From Eledone cirrhosa (taxonomy: Eukaryota): a stretch of 64,000 nt of DNA. This document shows, in pieces, positions 23,990-37,562 of this stretch. A program made the position numbers and the translations under genes. The DNA is taken from positions 350,796,001-350,860,000 of the forward strand of contig OZ024743.1 in NCBI GenBank assembly GCA_964016885.1, read 5' to 3'. The notes beneath the pieces were generated by a model. That model did no database searches, was not told the origin of the DNA, and saw nothing but the letters and a program-made list of their open reading frames with translations. Position 1 is the first letter of the stretch; each line of letters opens with the position of its first letter.

Positions 23990-24900
23990 CAATTAAAACA
24001 ATTTTTGGCACTTCTTGCAATGATGGTAAGCCAAGGATCCTTCTAAAATAATTTTATGTTGTTTTTTTTTTATCATTCTTAGTGCTCCTACACCCACTGG
24101 TATTGTAATCACCTTGAGATTCCATATTTTTTCAATTTCAACCAGCAAGTCGATTCTCTTTATTTCACTGATATTCCACTTCGACACATTGAAGCTAAAA
24201 CTAACAGTTGGAACTGCTAAGGAATTTATATTTAACACCTTGTTATGTGCGTTTAGCTCAGATTTTATAACTGCTCGTAATCCTATAACATTCCTTTTTT
24301 ATATTCTCTTTTATACTTGCATGCTGAATACCTAAGTATTTATAGCTTTGTTCCTGCTCAAGTTATTTTATAACTGTTTCAACATCCAGTTCGATTAAAT
24401 TTGAGCTTATCAACTTCGCTTTCTTGAAAGTGGCATTGGCACACTTATCAAGCCCAAACTCCATCCCAGTGTCATCACCGAAAACTTACATAGTATGTAA
24501 AAATCCTTCAAACTCATCATTGTCTTTAGCATATAATTTTAGGTAATCCATATAAAATATATGGTTTATTTTCCTGTTGTCATTTATATAGCCATAACTT
24601 GTTCTGTTAGGTTCGATTGTAAGGGGTATTAGAGCTATGCAAAATATTAGAGGTGAAAGTGAGTCACCTTGGAAAATGCCATAGTCGATGGTAATATTGT
24701 CTGAATTTAGTACTCCGTTGGGATGATATAATTAGAGATTCGTGTCTCACAATAACATATATTTCGGAAAGTTTGAAACTACAGGAGAAATTTTGAAGAT
24801 GTCCAGCGATTTCATAATCATTGAATGAAGTCTACTGTCAAAAGCCGTTTTGTAATCAATATATGCGGAACTTAGATTTCTTCGCTTTTTACGACCGTTT
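23990..24900 (-). mobile_element. Decayed R4/Dong-like non-LTR fragment (RT part and C-terminus)
   Basis: Minus-strand GIFQGDSLSPLIFCIALIPL and HILYMDYLKLYAK, and terminal KVITIPVGVGAL. Confidence 0.65.
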
Positions 24901-24989
24901 TCAAGGACTATACGATTATTAATTTGATCTTTACATCCATATGAATCTCGTCAGTATCCTTTTGTTCAATAGAGAAAATATTGTACTCT

Positions 24990-26250
24990 ATTCGAGATGT
25001 TCCAAGTAATACTGTTTTTTGTAAGTGTTCCATCCGTATTGCAATCCCTATTTGTTTAATGTACTTCACAAGATTTTTACTCACTGTTCCCAAGACACTA
25101 ACTATTATTAGTATGACACCCACCTTTTCCAGTGACTATAACTACTAAACCTCCCAGGCTAACCTGTCATATCTATCAATTTTTTTCCTTTCTTTATCGT
25201 ATACTTTGTTATCAGTTGGACAGGCTATATCTATGATCCAACACTTGCTTTTCTTCTCAACTAATACAATATCTGGTCTCCTATGCTCAATCTCATGGTC
25301 TCAGTGTAGCACAAAGTCTCACAGAATCTTTGCATCATCATTTTCGTTATCGCCCTCAGAGTTATGTTCGTACGACTTTTCTGCTCAGTCAAGTGCATAT
25401 TTGCCACAAAGTGCCCAATGGACTCTCCTTGCTATGTTGTGACATCTCTTATATTCTTTCTGAGCCAGTGGTGTACATTAACTTGTAATATACCATACAG
25501 TTTCTCTATTCATGCCACAAATTCTACAATTTTCATTTTCTGCTGTGTGGTCTACTCTATGCTTGACGTAGTTAGTTCTTAATGCTAGGTTTTGGGCAGC
25601 ACAGATTGAGGCTTCCGTTTCCGGTTTTAGATAGATCATTTTAGCCATCCATAACCACCTATTTTCTCTGTCTGTCCTATCTTCAACATCTCTATGGAAT
25701 TGTCCATACATTCTTTTTTATGTCCATCTACTTTCCATTTCATCCATCTTCAAATGCTTGTACTGTGCTTTCTTCTCTAAGATTTTCTATTTTGTACATT
25801 CATGGCCTTCTTACTTCAAGCAACAGCGGTTCTGTGGAATTTTTTTATGTACCACGCCATGTTATTTTCTTCTGTTCTAACGCTGTCTTCACACCCCATC
25901 AGTCCTCTTCCTCCCCTTTTTCTTGGTACATATAATCTATCTGTGTCACTCTTTGGGTGAAATACCTCATATCTGGTCAATATCTTTCTTGTCTTTCAGT
26001 TTAAACTGTTTAGCTCTTCCACTGTCCACGTGATCACCTCAACTCCATATCTAAGGAATGATACCACCAATGTATTGATAGCTTCCATCTCATTCTGTCC
26101 ATTCAGTTTCAACTTGAGAATAAGTCTCAGTCCGCACATGTATTCCACCCTAATTTTTTCTTTCATTTCCTCCTGCAGTATCTTATCGACTTCCAATATC
26201 TCTAATCACTTATAACCTTCCTCGTCTATTTGCTTCATAACATTTCCTGG
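24990..26250 (-). mobile_element. Decayed R4/Dong-like non-LTR 3' half (CCHC + RLE)
   Basis: LKLNGQNEMEAINT, MYGQFHRD, LKPETEASICAAQNLALRTNY, CRICGMNRETVWYITS, RRPDIV, LQKTVLLGTSRI. Confidence 0.75.
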
Positions 26251-26329
26251 TGCCAGCACCAAACACTCAAAGCTTTTAATTTTGCCTTTATTATTATTAT
26301 TGTTATGGTAGGGCGGTGGATTGGCAGTA

Positions 26330-26510
26330 TCGGTAGAGGGTCGGACGCCATGCTTTCCAGCATAGTTTACGATCTGAGAACTAACTACGATCTGAGTTCA
26401 AATCCCGCCGAGGTTGACTTTGCCTTTCATCCTTACGGGATCGATAAAATAAAGTACCAGTAATGCAATGGGTAATTGCTGGCCTTGTGCCTAAAGTAGA
26501 AACAATTATT
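26330..26510 (+). mobile_element. Type-1 SINE, near-complete
   Basis: gggcggtggattggcagtatcggtag (A box)...gagttcaaatccc (B box)...gtagaaacaatt followed by (att)n. Confidence 0.88.
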
Positions 26511-26526
26511 ATTATTATTGTTATCA

Positions 26527-26625
26527 TTGATAGGGTGGACCATGGATACCTGGAGGCTGTCCTCAAGGCAGCTGGCTTCAGTCTCGTCTTCAGAGGCTGT
26601 ATCGTTACAATGCACAGCGGCATCA
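26527..26625 (+). mobile_element. Tx1-like RT fragment F
   Basis: DRVDHGYLEAVLKAAGFSLVFRG matches ORF2 DRVDHRYLEAVLKAAGFGPVFRG. Confidence 0.8.
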
Positions 26626-27084
26626 AGTTTGCACTCACTGCTCACTGTTATAACAGCATTATAGTTTTCATTCAGTTTAATTAAATACATCTCAATCATT
26701 ATCCACAAAAACTATTGTCATAAGTTTGCAATTAGTTAAAAGTTGAAGTATTTCTCTAATACTCTTTTTATTTGATAAATTTGGAGGTAAGAGGAGTACC
26801 CATAGCTTTCACGGCCCTTCGAAGAGTTGATGTTCCGTCGAAAAATGTTACAAGCCAACTGCTGTTAAAACGTTTTCATCAGGTTCTGGTAAGGAAAGAC
26901 CAGGTGTAGTTGTTAGTGTGGTTGTTAGTGTGGGAGTTATAAGAGGCGGAAAGAATCCAGAGATTCATCAGACCGGAGCTTATCCCAGTTCCATGACACT
27001 TTGTGCCTGCGAGTACTCCCTTTATATTTGACGACACGCTAGTCCATCGCAAATTAATCCCCAGCTTTTGCTAGTCATATATTT

Positions 27085-27200
27085 CAGTGAACTCGAGGAA
27101 CGTAAAATCAAGTACCTTGCTCAGAGACACAAAGCTCAACCCGATGTTGGAATTGACAATTTTACGACCACAAGCTGAATGCCCCAAACACTAGACCAAG
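27085..27200 (-). mobile_element. Type-2 (CORE-like) SINE, diverged
   Basis: Reverse strand tggtctagtg...tgtgtctctgagcaaggtacttgattttacgtt resembles 48660-48779. Confidence 0.5.
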
Positions 27201-28039
27201 AACATTCACTTGCAAATAGTTTTCGAGAACCCTCACGTAACACGCGCTACAGCATAGAGTTGAACAAACCTGTAGCTGATGCTATTATTGTTTAGATGCA
27301 ATGGAATCTTGATTGAAGAAACCTATAAAGACGACTTGTGATTTACACCGCATATTTTTATATGCGTAAGACCATCTTGTCTAGTGTGTTCACATTGTTC
27401 AATGTATCCTCTTAGAGCATGAGTTGAAGGAGATTTGGCTACCATTACAATTCTAATGACTATCTTGAGGCACTGGTAGTTTGTTCATTTAGTCGCCAGA
27501 GAGAAAACTAACGAACTTTCCTGTTCGTCTCGTGTTTATAGGTAGAACATCATCGATACTAACCTAATACATTGATACTCACCATATATAATGACTGAAC
27601 ATCTATGTGGTCACTTTATTTGCTAGAAATAACAGCCAAATATATTTTAGTCACACACTACCATCTTTAAAAAGAAAGAACACATTCACATTGAAAATAT
27701 TGCCCCGCATAGTGTACCTGGTAAAATATTGGATGGTCACGACTAGAACGACTTTGGTTGTAGGTCTGCTCAAGCAGAGTTGACAGCCTAAAAACGTTGA
27801 TGCATTCAAGCCAACGACGCAGCTTCTGCTTGTTCACTTGACCTGCTAAATATAGTAGCCAACATCTTTACCAAAATAAGGAAGGATACATAGAGTACTA
27901 TAGTTCTAAATGTACTATGCCTGAACATAACATTGTATGTTCATGGATGAAGTAAAAACAATGAAAGCAACAACAAAACATTGGTATACTTCATTGCTAA
28001 CTAGATGGTAATTAGTGAAGGAGTGAATACCATTTTACT

Positions 28040-28262
28040 GATGATGATGATGGTGATGAGGTGGCGGAGGAAGAGGAAGGGGAGCATAACGGTAAAAGAG
28101 ATGATGGACGCATTTGGTGATGATGAGAATGATGAAGATGATAGTAGTGAAGATGGTACTGATGATGATGATGATAGTGATGATGAAGATTGTGATGGTG
28201 ATGAAGATGATCGTGATGGTAGGGCTTGTTATGGTTGAGGATGATAAAGATGATGATGATGG
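28040..28262. repeat. Degenerate (GAT)n trinucleotide tract
   Basis: gatgatgat runs with substitutions. Confidence 0.85.
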
Positions 28263-28514
28263 TGTCAGTTTTAGTCTTTGCAATAGTGCAATAGATGAAA
28301 TATAAGATTAGCAGGTTTATATGATAGGACAGTTGAACAGAGAGATTGTAATATGGAAAATGTAAACATCTGTGAATAGCTAATGAACAGACATATTGTT
28401 AGATAGATATCTCACTCGTGTTTGTCTCTGTCTCTCTATCTCTTCCTCTCCCCATCTTTATTAACAGGCATATAGATGTGCATGTGCATAAACATACATA
28501 TACATACATATATA

Positions 28515-28552
<38 letters not shown>

Positions 28553-28554
<2 letters not shown>

Positions 28555-29240
28555 CAAACATAAATTATCGAGATTCGCATTTCGGCACACAAAATAACGA
28601 AAAACAACCTCCGAGATGTGAGGCAAGTGCTCAATGGTTCAGATGAACCACAGCTATAAACGTTAAACGCCAAACACACTGAGACGATGGTTAAACAATA
28701 ATTGGCATAGCCAAAAAAAACGATCAAGTAATTCGGGTATTGAAAATTTACCCGGACCCATGGAAGGTTGGTAAAATCCAGTATTTGGGTTTCTGCGGCT
28801 CCTAAATCAAGTACCATCCGCTTACATAAATAATGTCAGGCTTCTGGTAAGATGATTGAACAAGGAAGCCACTTTCTCAACAGGTTTTAGTTCAATGTTA
28901 ATACAAGGACTGACTATTGCTGACTCCACGTGGGGATCGGCAAGGGAGGCAGCCCCTATATCAGGCGAATAAATTCAGTTGTGTATATTTTTGCAAGAAT
29001 GCAAAAACATCACAAATCCAATAGAGTTCTCAACAGAAGGGTTAACATTAACATAAGCTATTCATCAGTCAATAGAATCAACTAAAAAATCAAGAAAATT
29101 AACTGGTCAATAGCTAGAGTCTGGAGATAAATACAAACATAAATTATCGAGATTCGCATTTCGGCCCACGAAATAACGAAAAACAACCTCCGAGATGTGA
29201 GGCAAGTGCTCAATGGTTCAGATGAACCAGAGCTATAACA
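28553..29240. repeat. ~105-bp direct repeats (28553-28660, 29134-29240) around a decayed interior, bounded by (TA)n; possibly Penelope-like
   Basis: caaacataaattatcgagattcgcatttcggc...gatgaacca(c/g)agctataa occurs twice. Confidence 0.6.
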
Positions 29241-29244
29241 AACG

Positions 29245-29292
<48 letters not shown>

Positions 29293-29348
29293 AAGGAAAC
29301 GAAATCGAAAATGCAACTGGAGTCTTTTTAAGAATATTTATTTATTTC

Positions 29349-29384
29349 CTTTACCGGTTTCACAGTTCTTATGATTTTCAAAAG
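29349..29384 (-). ncRNA. Hammerhead-like motif, U3-A8 core variant, decayed stem II
   Basis: CTT TTGAAAA TCA TAAGAAC TGT GAAA CCGG TA AAG inside an inverted repeat at ~29292-29470. Confidence 0.4.
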
Positions 29385-29527
29385 TAGAATTGAGATGCAT
29401 AAACCGGCAAAGGAAATAAATAAATATTCTTAAAAAGATTCCAGTTGCATTTTCGATTTCTTTTCCTTATACTTTCACCCGTGTAGGACATCTCGTTTTC
29501 TTATTTAAAAAAAAACTCATTTTTGCA

Positions 29528-29572
<45 letters not shown>

Positions 29573-29925
29573 GCAAAAGTGAGAATAGAATTCAAACTGT
29601 GATAACAGCTGTGATGTGATATGTAAATTATGTTAAACCACCAATTGCTTCATTCTGCACAATTACCTTATTTCTTAGGAATCTAACATTCGTAATTCAT
29701 CGAGTGAAAGTCTTCTTTAAAAATACAGGTCTATACTGAAAGAACGATTGAGAAAATGGAAAATTGAAGAGTGACGAAAGGGAGGCAATATTTTATGGCT
29801 CTGGACTCTGAAATTTTGCTTCAGAAAGCTCTTTAAAATATCATAGAATACACAAGTTTACACGTGAAAGTACATATACAGGTGCGCATACAAATACACA
29901 CAGACACACAAACACACAGGCACGC

Positions 29926-29971
<46 letters not shown>

Positions 29972-30208
29972 GATAATCTAGCTGTCGTCTGTTCTACAGC
30001 GTAGATGTAATTCACTTCGCGCAGAAGTTTTGTTCAAATTTATTGCGGAAATTTTGTAAGTTCAATTTTAATTTTGATACTATTGGGTAGCTTGACCCCC
30101 CGTCTGAACTGTCAGGCGGTGGGTCAGCTCATCTTTGCCCCTCCCAGGGGTGAAAAACCTGTTTTTAAAAATGTTGTGGCATAATAAAATTTCAATCGTC
30201 TGACAGAA

Positions 30209-32085
30209 ATGTTAAACGAAGCTAACGAAAATAGTGGTGGGGGGACAGCGGTAAGAGTTGTAAGCTCGCACGCTTTAGTCCCCCTTCCTTCCCAACTACC
30301 GTCATAGAGAAGGAAAGAAAAAATAAAATAAAAACAGACGAAAACACAAATCTGGACATTGATTCCAACAACAAAAAAAAAAAAATTGAAAAATTGCATG
30401 ACAATATTAATACCACAAACAAAGACACAACAAACACAAAAATAACATTTGAAAACAACATCATAACAGAAAGCAAAGCAGACGACAAAGTCAACACCAA
30501 TAATATTTCATTTGCACAAACAACAAAGAAATCTTTGACATATATACCTGAAAATATTTCAGATGTGGTACAAAGAATTAAAGACGCCAAACAATACATA
30601 ACTCAAGGGGAAAATGGTATTTTATCGGTAAAAAGGCCTCAAGAACTCACCAAAGACATTGAAAGTCGTTTTCCGCACCATCAACAACATTTCTAAAAAA
30701 CCTCAACAGCCAACACAAACAGAAATCAAAGCAGTACTTACAGAAGTACTTAATGAAACCACTTTCATAAGAAGAGACAGACTGTATGGAAGCCTAGCGA
30801 TATTATGAAGAACGAATCGGCGGCAAAAAAATGTGCTTTGTCGCCGATTCGTTCGACAAATTTTACCTTTTATCCATCTTATATGGGTAAAAGAACTCAG
30901 CGCATATGGCTGGATGCAATGATGCCAGATGTGGACTACTGCTGGCTCATAGCTGGCTTCATCGATCCAGCGAATGACAACGTGATTTCCATTGGGAAAA
31001 CCACAGGCAATGCGTTCAGTGGAACAGGTATAGAACTTGTAGTGCAAATGAAGCCTGAACGCATTGCCCAAATACCCGACAGAATCCTATTAGAGGGCCA
31101 CGGGTATATAAACATTAGCGTGGAGGGGAGAAGGCCGTCCTGTCATATCTGTGCAGGCAGAGGGCACCTGAAGGCGGCTTGTCCCCAACTCAACAAGAAG
31201 AAAACCCTGCTACCAACACCAGCTCCACCACCACCACAACAAATAAACAAACAACAAAACTCAGTCCCACCCAACCCGTCCCTCAGTAAAACTACACCAC
31301 CACCACAACACAAACAGTCACAACAGATTACCCCAAAACAAAACACAGTCCCACCCAACCCCTCACTCAATAAAACAACACAACCACCGCAGCCACAACT
31401 CACAACACAGTCTAACATAGTGACATCCATCTCCCCCACAAAGAAAACCAACACGGAAACATTACCAGCAAACATACCTCTTCCCTCCAACACTGAAGAT
31501 AACCCAACGAATTCGGAGGAAGAAACGGAGTCCTTCAGACAGATTAAAAGGAAAAAAAGAAAACATGTGCAAAACACACAAGGCCAAATAACCCCTACCC
31601 AAATGTCAACACAATCCAACAAATCACAAAACACCCCTCCAGCAACAAACAAAACCAAACCTGCCCCTCCCCTCTTCGAAACACTCACACCATCCGAAAA
31701 AAAGACATTACACTATACTTACATCAACAGAAACAATAATAAATTAAATGAACTCATAAACAATAACTCTTCGGTACAAACCGAAGGTATAAACTTTGTT
31801 TCTTCAGAAAACTACCCACATTTAAAATTAATAAAGATCCCAATGAACCTCTACCAAAAACTAAAAAAGGATTTTAAGGAGGACGTAGGACCACCCTCTG
31901 TCAAACCCATAAACCGCGTCCTACTAAAAAGCTTTACCCCTCCCATTCCCCTCCCCAACACAACTCCAAACACCCCAACCTCACCACACACTGACGACCC
32001 CACACCACCACAAGACACCCCTTCACCCAACACCCCCGACCCCATGGAAGTCGTGCGACCCGAACCCCGGGAAGCAGAAAGGTAG
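30209..32085 (+). pseudogene. ORF1 of copy C (frameshifted)
   Basis: ORFs 30394-30696 and 30805-32085: ISFAQT, YMGKRTQRI, INISVEGR, CCHC knuckle, KKTLLPTP, PHLKLI, KPINRVLLK shared with A and B. Confidence 0.85.
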
Positions 32086-32118
32086 GTCTCTACGCTCTCC
32101 TTTGGCTTTGCCGCCCAC

Positions 32119-35100
32119 ATGGATGTGTTAAGAGTAGGATGTTTGAATGCACGTGGCCTGGGCTCAACTTGGAAGCAAGCAAAGCTTCTAAATGACCTCA
32201 GGTCACGTGGTATAAATATAATGGTTTTCTGTGAGACTCGGATCAGCGTCGTGCGGCAGCTGGCCCCTACCTTCGATGACTTTGAGGTGCATGCATCTCT
32301 CTGTCAACCTGGAGGTGGGGGTGGAGTTGTCGTACTGCTGTAAAACACCTGGGTCTCGCCGTACAGGTCGTTCACTCGGACCCGGAAGGTCGTTTGTTGG
32401 TGCTAGACGTTGGCAGTAGTGGAGGTGATGCCTTGAGACTGGTCGCCGTCTACTCCACTTTCGGAGCTGAACGACCCGACTTCTTCCAGCGTCTGGAGAC
32501 TTTTCTGGGAACGTCGCATTCCCTGCTTCTAGGGGGGGGGGGATTGGAATGACATCCTAGATGCACGTTGGGACTATGCAGGAGCATGTCCTAATAGAAG
32601 GGGGTGTAACAGCCTCAAGGGGTTACTCGACCGTTTTAACTTGGTCGATAGATATCGAGTAGATTTTCCAACTGTGCCAACCTGGACTTGGACGAACCAT
32701 AGTGGTCAATCTAGATCGTACTTAGATAGATTCTTAGTTAGAAGTAAGGATAGGGACATATTAAGCTGTCCAGAAATGCTCACGGTTGGCTATACAGATC
32801 ACAAATTAGTGACCTGCGTAGTCAATCTCGAGAAAACACATAGACAGGGTCCCCGTTACTGGAAACTTAATTTGTCTTTACCGGCAAAAGAGGCTTACAG
32901 AAACCGGATTAGCAGATTAGTTAAGGAGAGGTTGACGGGTGCAATCGTCAACAACCGATGGTGGGCATCTCTCAAAAGAGAGATTAGAACAGAATCAATA
33001 AGTTATAGCAAGATGTTAGCTGCCGATAGGAATAGGAACGAGAAATAATTAACAGGTAAATTAGAAGAGGCAATCAAGAGCGAAGATGTGGCCAGAGTGC
33101 TGACATCGAGGACGGCCTTGAGCCAGTTTTTCGATGCAAAGCACGAAGGCTGCGTCATTCGAAGTAAAATACGTGCTCTAGGTAATGAGGGGGCCAAAGC
33201 CGTTGGCTGGGTCCACGTGACAGAAGCTAAGAGTGGAAATCGATCCACCATCCGGTCTTTGCAAGACGAAGATGGACGGGTGATCCAGGAGCCTAAGCAG
33301 ATGTGCGAGGCCTTTCAAAGGCACTTTGCCCGATTGTTTGGGGGAGGCGAGGGTCCGGTCGGGGACGTGGATTTCGGTCCATACCTCGACGGCCTGCCAC
33401 GTCTCTCGAGCGAAGAGGCAGAGTCCTGCGAGGGACCAATCTCGGCTGATGAGATCGGGGATGCGCTGAGCCAATGCAGCAGACGCAAATCTCCAGGTCT
33501 CGATGGTATACCTTACGAACTTTATTTAGCAATGTCGGTCTTCTTCTCCGAACTCCTCGAAGCGGTCTACTGCAATTGGCAGCAGAACGGGAGAATTCCT
33601 TGTTCTGTAGCCAAGGGCGTAGTCTCGCTGGTGAGGTAAGATGAGAACAAGGGGGATAGTATAAATAATTTTCGGCCCATAACCCTGCTAAACACAGAGT
33701 TAAAGATTTTGGCCAAGGTGTTAGCAAAGAGGTTGGCGCTTGTCGTGGGTGGCCTGGTGGGAGATGCGCAGACATGTGCTATCCCATCCAGGTCCATTCA
33801 CGACAACCTCCACCTCATGCGATACATCATAGAGACGATTGGCAACAAACCCGGCTTCGGTGGGGCCCTGATCAACTTGGATCAGTCTAAGGCGCTCGAT
33901 AGGGTCGACCATGGTTACCTGGATGCGGTGCTAGCGGCGGCTGGGTTCGCTCCTGTTTTCAGAGGCTGGATCACTGCCTTACATAGCAACCACATCTGTT
34001 CTAGGATCAAGGTGAACGGCTACCTTTCGAAGCCGTTCGAAATCACACGATCCATTCGACAGGGGTGCCCTCTCTCCTCCCTTCTGTACGTATTGACTCT
34101 CGAGCCTTTACTGAGGAAGTTGGAGTTATTGCAGGGTATCCCCCTGGAACCAGGATTGAGCAAAGCGGTTTCGGCCTACGCCGATGACGTAACAGTAATG
34201 GTATCGACCGACTCGGAGATCGAGGCGATCGGTACCTTACTGGAGGAATACGAAAGGTTGTCAGGAGCGAAACTGAACCGGGAAAAATCCATCGGGCTGT
34301 AACTGGGAACGTGGAGAGGCAGACCGATGCCTCCCGACGGTGTCGTCGGACACTGGACAGAGGGCCCGGTGGAGTTGCTTGGGGTCTGGTTTGGACCGGA
34401 CCTCCAGGTGGAAAAGAACTGGGGTGAGGTTACGAACAAGGTGTTTGCACTAACCCAGAAATGGGCCAAGTGTAAGCTGTCCCTAAAAGGTCGGGCGGAG
34501 GTGGCGAACATTTACATAGCGTCCGTCACTTACTACCGCCTGACTGTCGTGCCTTGCCCTAAGGAAACACTTACCACCATGGAACGCATGCTCTTTCAAT
34601 TTCTTTGGAAGAAGCGCCCTCCTATGGTGAGAAGATCCATCTGCTGCCAACAACCTTCGAAAGAAGGGCTGGGGATGCCGTGGTTGATGATGCGTAGGCA
34701 CGCATTAAGGCTACGGCACCTACAGGTATTCCTCACTGGTCAACCAGTGTGGGCTCCGTTCGTGAGACGAGCCTTTCCGAGACTCGTCTCGCCTACCGAG
34801 CTGCGATCCTGGGTCAAGCAAAGATCCGGAAAACCGGGCGACTGGCACACTGCATGTGCCCAAGCGCTCAGGGCTCTCTGGTAAGCGGACCCGGCGATCG
34901 GTGGAGAATCCACCTCGTCATTCTATAGAGGCTGGTAGCTAGCAGGGGCGATGACACCCCTGGAGAGTCGCTGGACATGGAAGAGGACGAACTGGCCAGC
35001 CTGTTCGGTAGGACTTTCGGCCCGGGACCAATGGACAACTTCCAGAAGTCACTGGCTCTACCCGTTTGAGAAAAGCTCTACAGACACGGGCGCCCGGGCA

Positions 35101-35549
35101 GGGATCCCTCGAAAAAGATTTGCCCTAGATGCGTGCGTCACGAAGAAACCGTTGCGCACGCATTGGTGCAATGTCCGGGCGTGGCTGATCTGTGGGGCTA
35201 CGCCGAACAACTGCTATCGCGCGTGGCGCCGATTCGATTGACCGCCGAGTCCGTGATGACAATCAAGCCGCCTCCCCTCTTCACAAAGGAAGCAAAGGCG
35301 GTTTTTCTGTGCGTAATAGCCATGTTGAAAGAGGTTGTTTGGTGGACACGATTGAAAGGTCTGAGGTCAGGCAACTTCCTCTCTGGCCATAGTCTGGTCT
35401 ACTTCTTTCGATATCACTTCGGAAGAAGGATAAGAATGGAGAGAGAGGTGCTTGACCACAGGCAGTTTTATGAAAGGTGGGTGATAGTGGCGAGAATGGC
35501 TCGTGTAAATGGGCCTTCTCTGTATACCATCCTGTGGGTAAAGAAGTGA
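32119..35549 (+). pseudogene. ORF2 of copy C (EN-RT-CCHC), multiple in-frame stops and frameshifts
   Basis: Frames end prematurely at 32343, 33048, 33639, 34302 and 34884; motifs NARGL, YLDRF, TDH, KSPGLDG, RQGCPLS, AYADD. Confidence 0.92.
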
Positions 35550-35927
35550 AGGAGAGGGGAGCACCTCCTCTATGTGCTCCCCGGGCAAAGGATTGTACAC
35601 TTTTTCGGGGGTGTGTGCAACCCCCATCACGTCCCCTCCCTTTTGAGGTTGTTTTCGATTATTTTCATTTTATACCCTTTTTACTCGATTTTATGTAAAC
35701 TCCCCCCTTGTATTTGTCCCTTCTTTTTGTGCCTTTATGGTAAATAAAGAAATATATCTATCTATCTATCTGTCTATTTATCAATCTCCCCCCCCCTCTC
35801 TATATATATTATAGTTAAAACAGAAAACAAAAACAAACCGAAGAGTGAGAGTGCAGTACAAAGTGTTAGTATTAGGTTAACGCTTGAGAGTGTGGGATGG
35901 GGGACATGTATATATGTATGCTTATAA

Positions 35928-35998
<71 letters not shown>

Positions 35999-36084
35999 GA
36001 GGTTATATTTAATTTGTTGGGATACAACAAGCAAAATATTTTTATAACTGAGATAAAGCACTCAACAATTGTTGGAGTAAATAT

Positions 36085-36378
36085 ACAAAATATTAACAAA
36101 TGGAAACTATATTTATAAAACCATATTTATTTCATTATACATATTTCAAGGGCCACCAGAGCAAACTATGGTGCGCTTTCATCATATAAAATATAATATA
36201 GGTTAGTTTTATAAATAAATATTGACATACCCTTAAAAAATGCAACCATTCTGGTTGGAATCTCCTGTATTATATTTTATCTGATGAAAGCGCACCATAG
36301 TTTGCTCTGGTGGCCCTTGAGATATGTAGAATGAAATAAATATAGTTTTATAAATATAGTTTCCATTTGTTAATATAT
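36085..36378. repeat. Penelope-like inverted repeat with two damaged hammerhead motifs (36128-36193 -, 36273-36338 +)
   Basis: Consensus TATTTTAT CTGATGA AAGCGCACCA...TGGTGGCCCTT GAAA TATGT ATA ATGAAATA; the + copy has GAGA for GAAA, the - copy has ATGATGA for CTGATGA. Confidence 0.7.
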
Positions 36379-36606
36379 TGTATATATATATATAAGAGTG
36401 TTAGACTGATCGGGTATGGTGATTATATATGCAACATTGGATGATGGCAAATAAATATAAAGCAAATGATAGGTCATAAACCAAGGAACAGCTTTAAGGA
36501 GAGTAACAGATGCATCCTTTTTTTTTTTAGAATGCATTTAATTATTGATGTATACATGCAAAGAAATATATATACATAAGTACGTACGTACATACATACA
36601 TACATA

Positions 36607-36890
36607 AGGAAATTACAAGTACAATCCATTAATGGAACAGTAAAAATATGTAAAACATTCCATAATAACTGCGTGTACACATGTACAGATACAAAGCACA
36701 TGCACATGGACACTTATAAATCAAAGCATACACATCCACACATAAAATAACATCCATACCTGTAAACACATGCATGCATACATATCTACCTAGCTGATGT
36801 TGTATAAATTCCAATGAGGGAGTCTTGTATCAATGTTAGAAACCAACTCTCTCTCTATTTGTAAAAAAATATAAAAGTATAAAACCAAAA
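36607..36890 (+). mobile_element. 3' end of R4-like element Z, embedded in (TACA)n
   Basis: aggaaattacaagtacaatccattaatggaacagtaaaaatatg matches 60610 onward. Confidence 0.7.
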
Positions 36891-36994
36891 AAACATCCAT
36901 CCATCCAACCAACCAACCAACCAACCAACCAACCAACCAACCAACCAACCAACCAACCAACCAACCATACATACATACATACATACATACATAC

Positions 36995-37497
36995 ATGATG
37001 GCTGCAAACTTATTATAGAGTTTGGTGCACTTTTAGTCTACGGCCAGCCACACGAACCTGTAACATATCCTGAACAAGCAATGACTGTACTTTGAAGGTT
37101 TTTTAAGTGGGGAAAGACCTTGCACTCGACCAATCCCACTCTCTGAGTATCGGAAACACTACCCGAAAAGGAGAACTGGTCAACATCATCGGATGCTTCC
37201 GAAGTTGCAGGTTTTTTTTTCAGAGTTTCCCTCTCTTAGAAAGGTGTGGTGACAACAACTGAGGGCCTTTTACTCCCAGGTAAAAAAAAGTACTATTTGG
37301 ATGGTCGTTGATTCTGCTGAATTCCTTCGCCCTTTGCGGGGTCTTGTATTTCATCCCGTAGGGTGTCCAAATATCACCCTCCTCAACAAGCAAGCTTGGT
37401 GGGGTTGCCGGTTTAGTCGCCAACCACCCGACCAGGAGACAGGTTGTACTGGGTTACATGTGTTACATGTTACCAGTAGCACTCGAGAGCGACATGA
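36995..37497 (-). mobile_element. Non-autonomous RTE-derived element X (diverged)
   Basis: Shares ggttgtactgggttacatg..accagtagcactc and the atgatggctgc end with 57901-58473. Confidence 0.6.
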
Positions 37498-37498
37498 C

Positions 37499-37529
<31 letters not shown>

Positions 37530-37531
37530 CA

Positions 37532-37560
<29 letters not shown>

Positions 37561-37562
<2 letters not shown>

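Larger units (their letters stand above)
29972..35752 (+). mobile_element. Tx1-like copy C, full length, second subfamily, inactivated by stops and frameshifts
   Basis: Follows (ATCT)11 at 29926-29969 and ends AAATAAAGAAA-ta(tatc)4; ORF1 remnant with CHICAGRGHLKAAC; ORF2 pieces 32119-35549 collinear with copy A. Confidence 0.93.

Noticed and set aside
28005-28305. Acidic Asp-rich protein exon
   Set aside because: Degenerate (GAT)n microsatellite with no splice or domain support.
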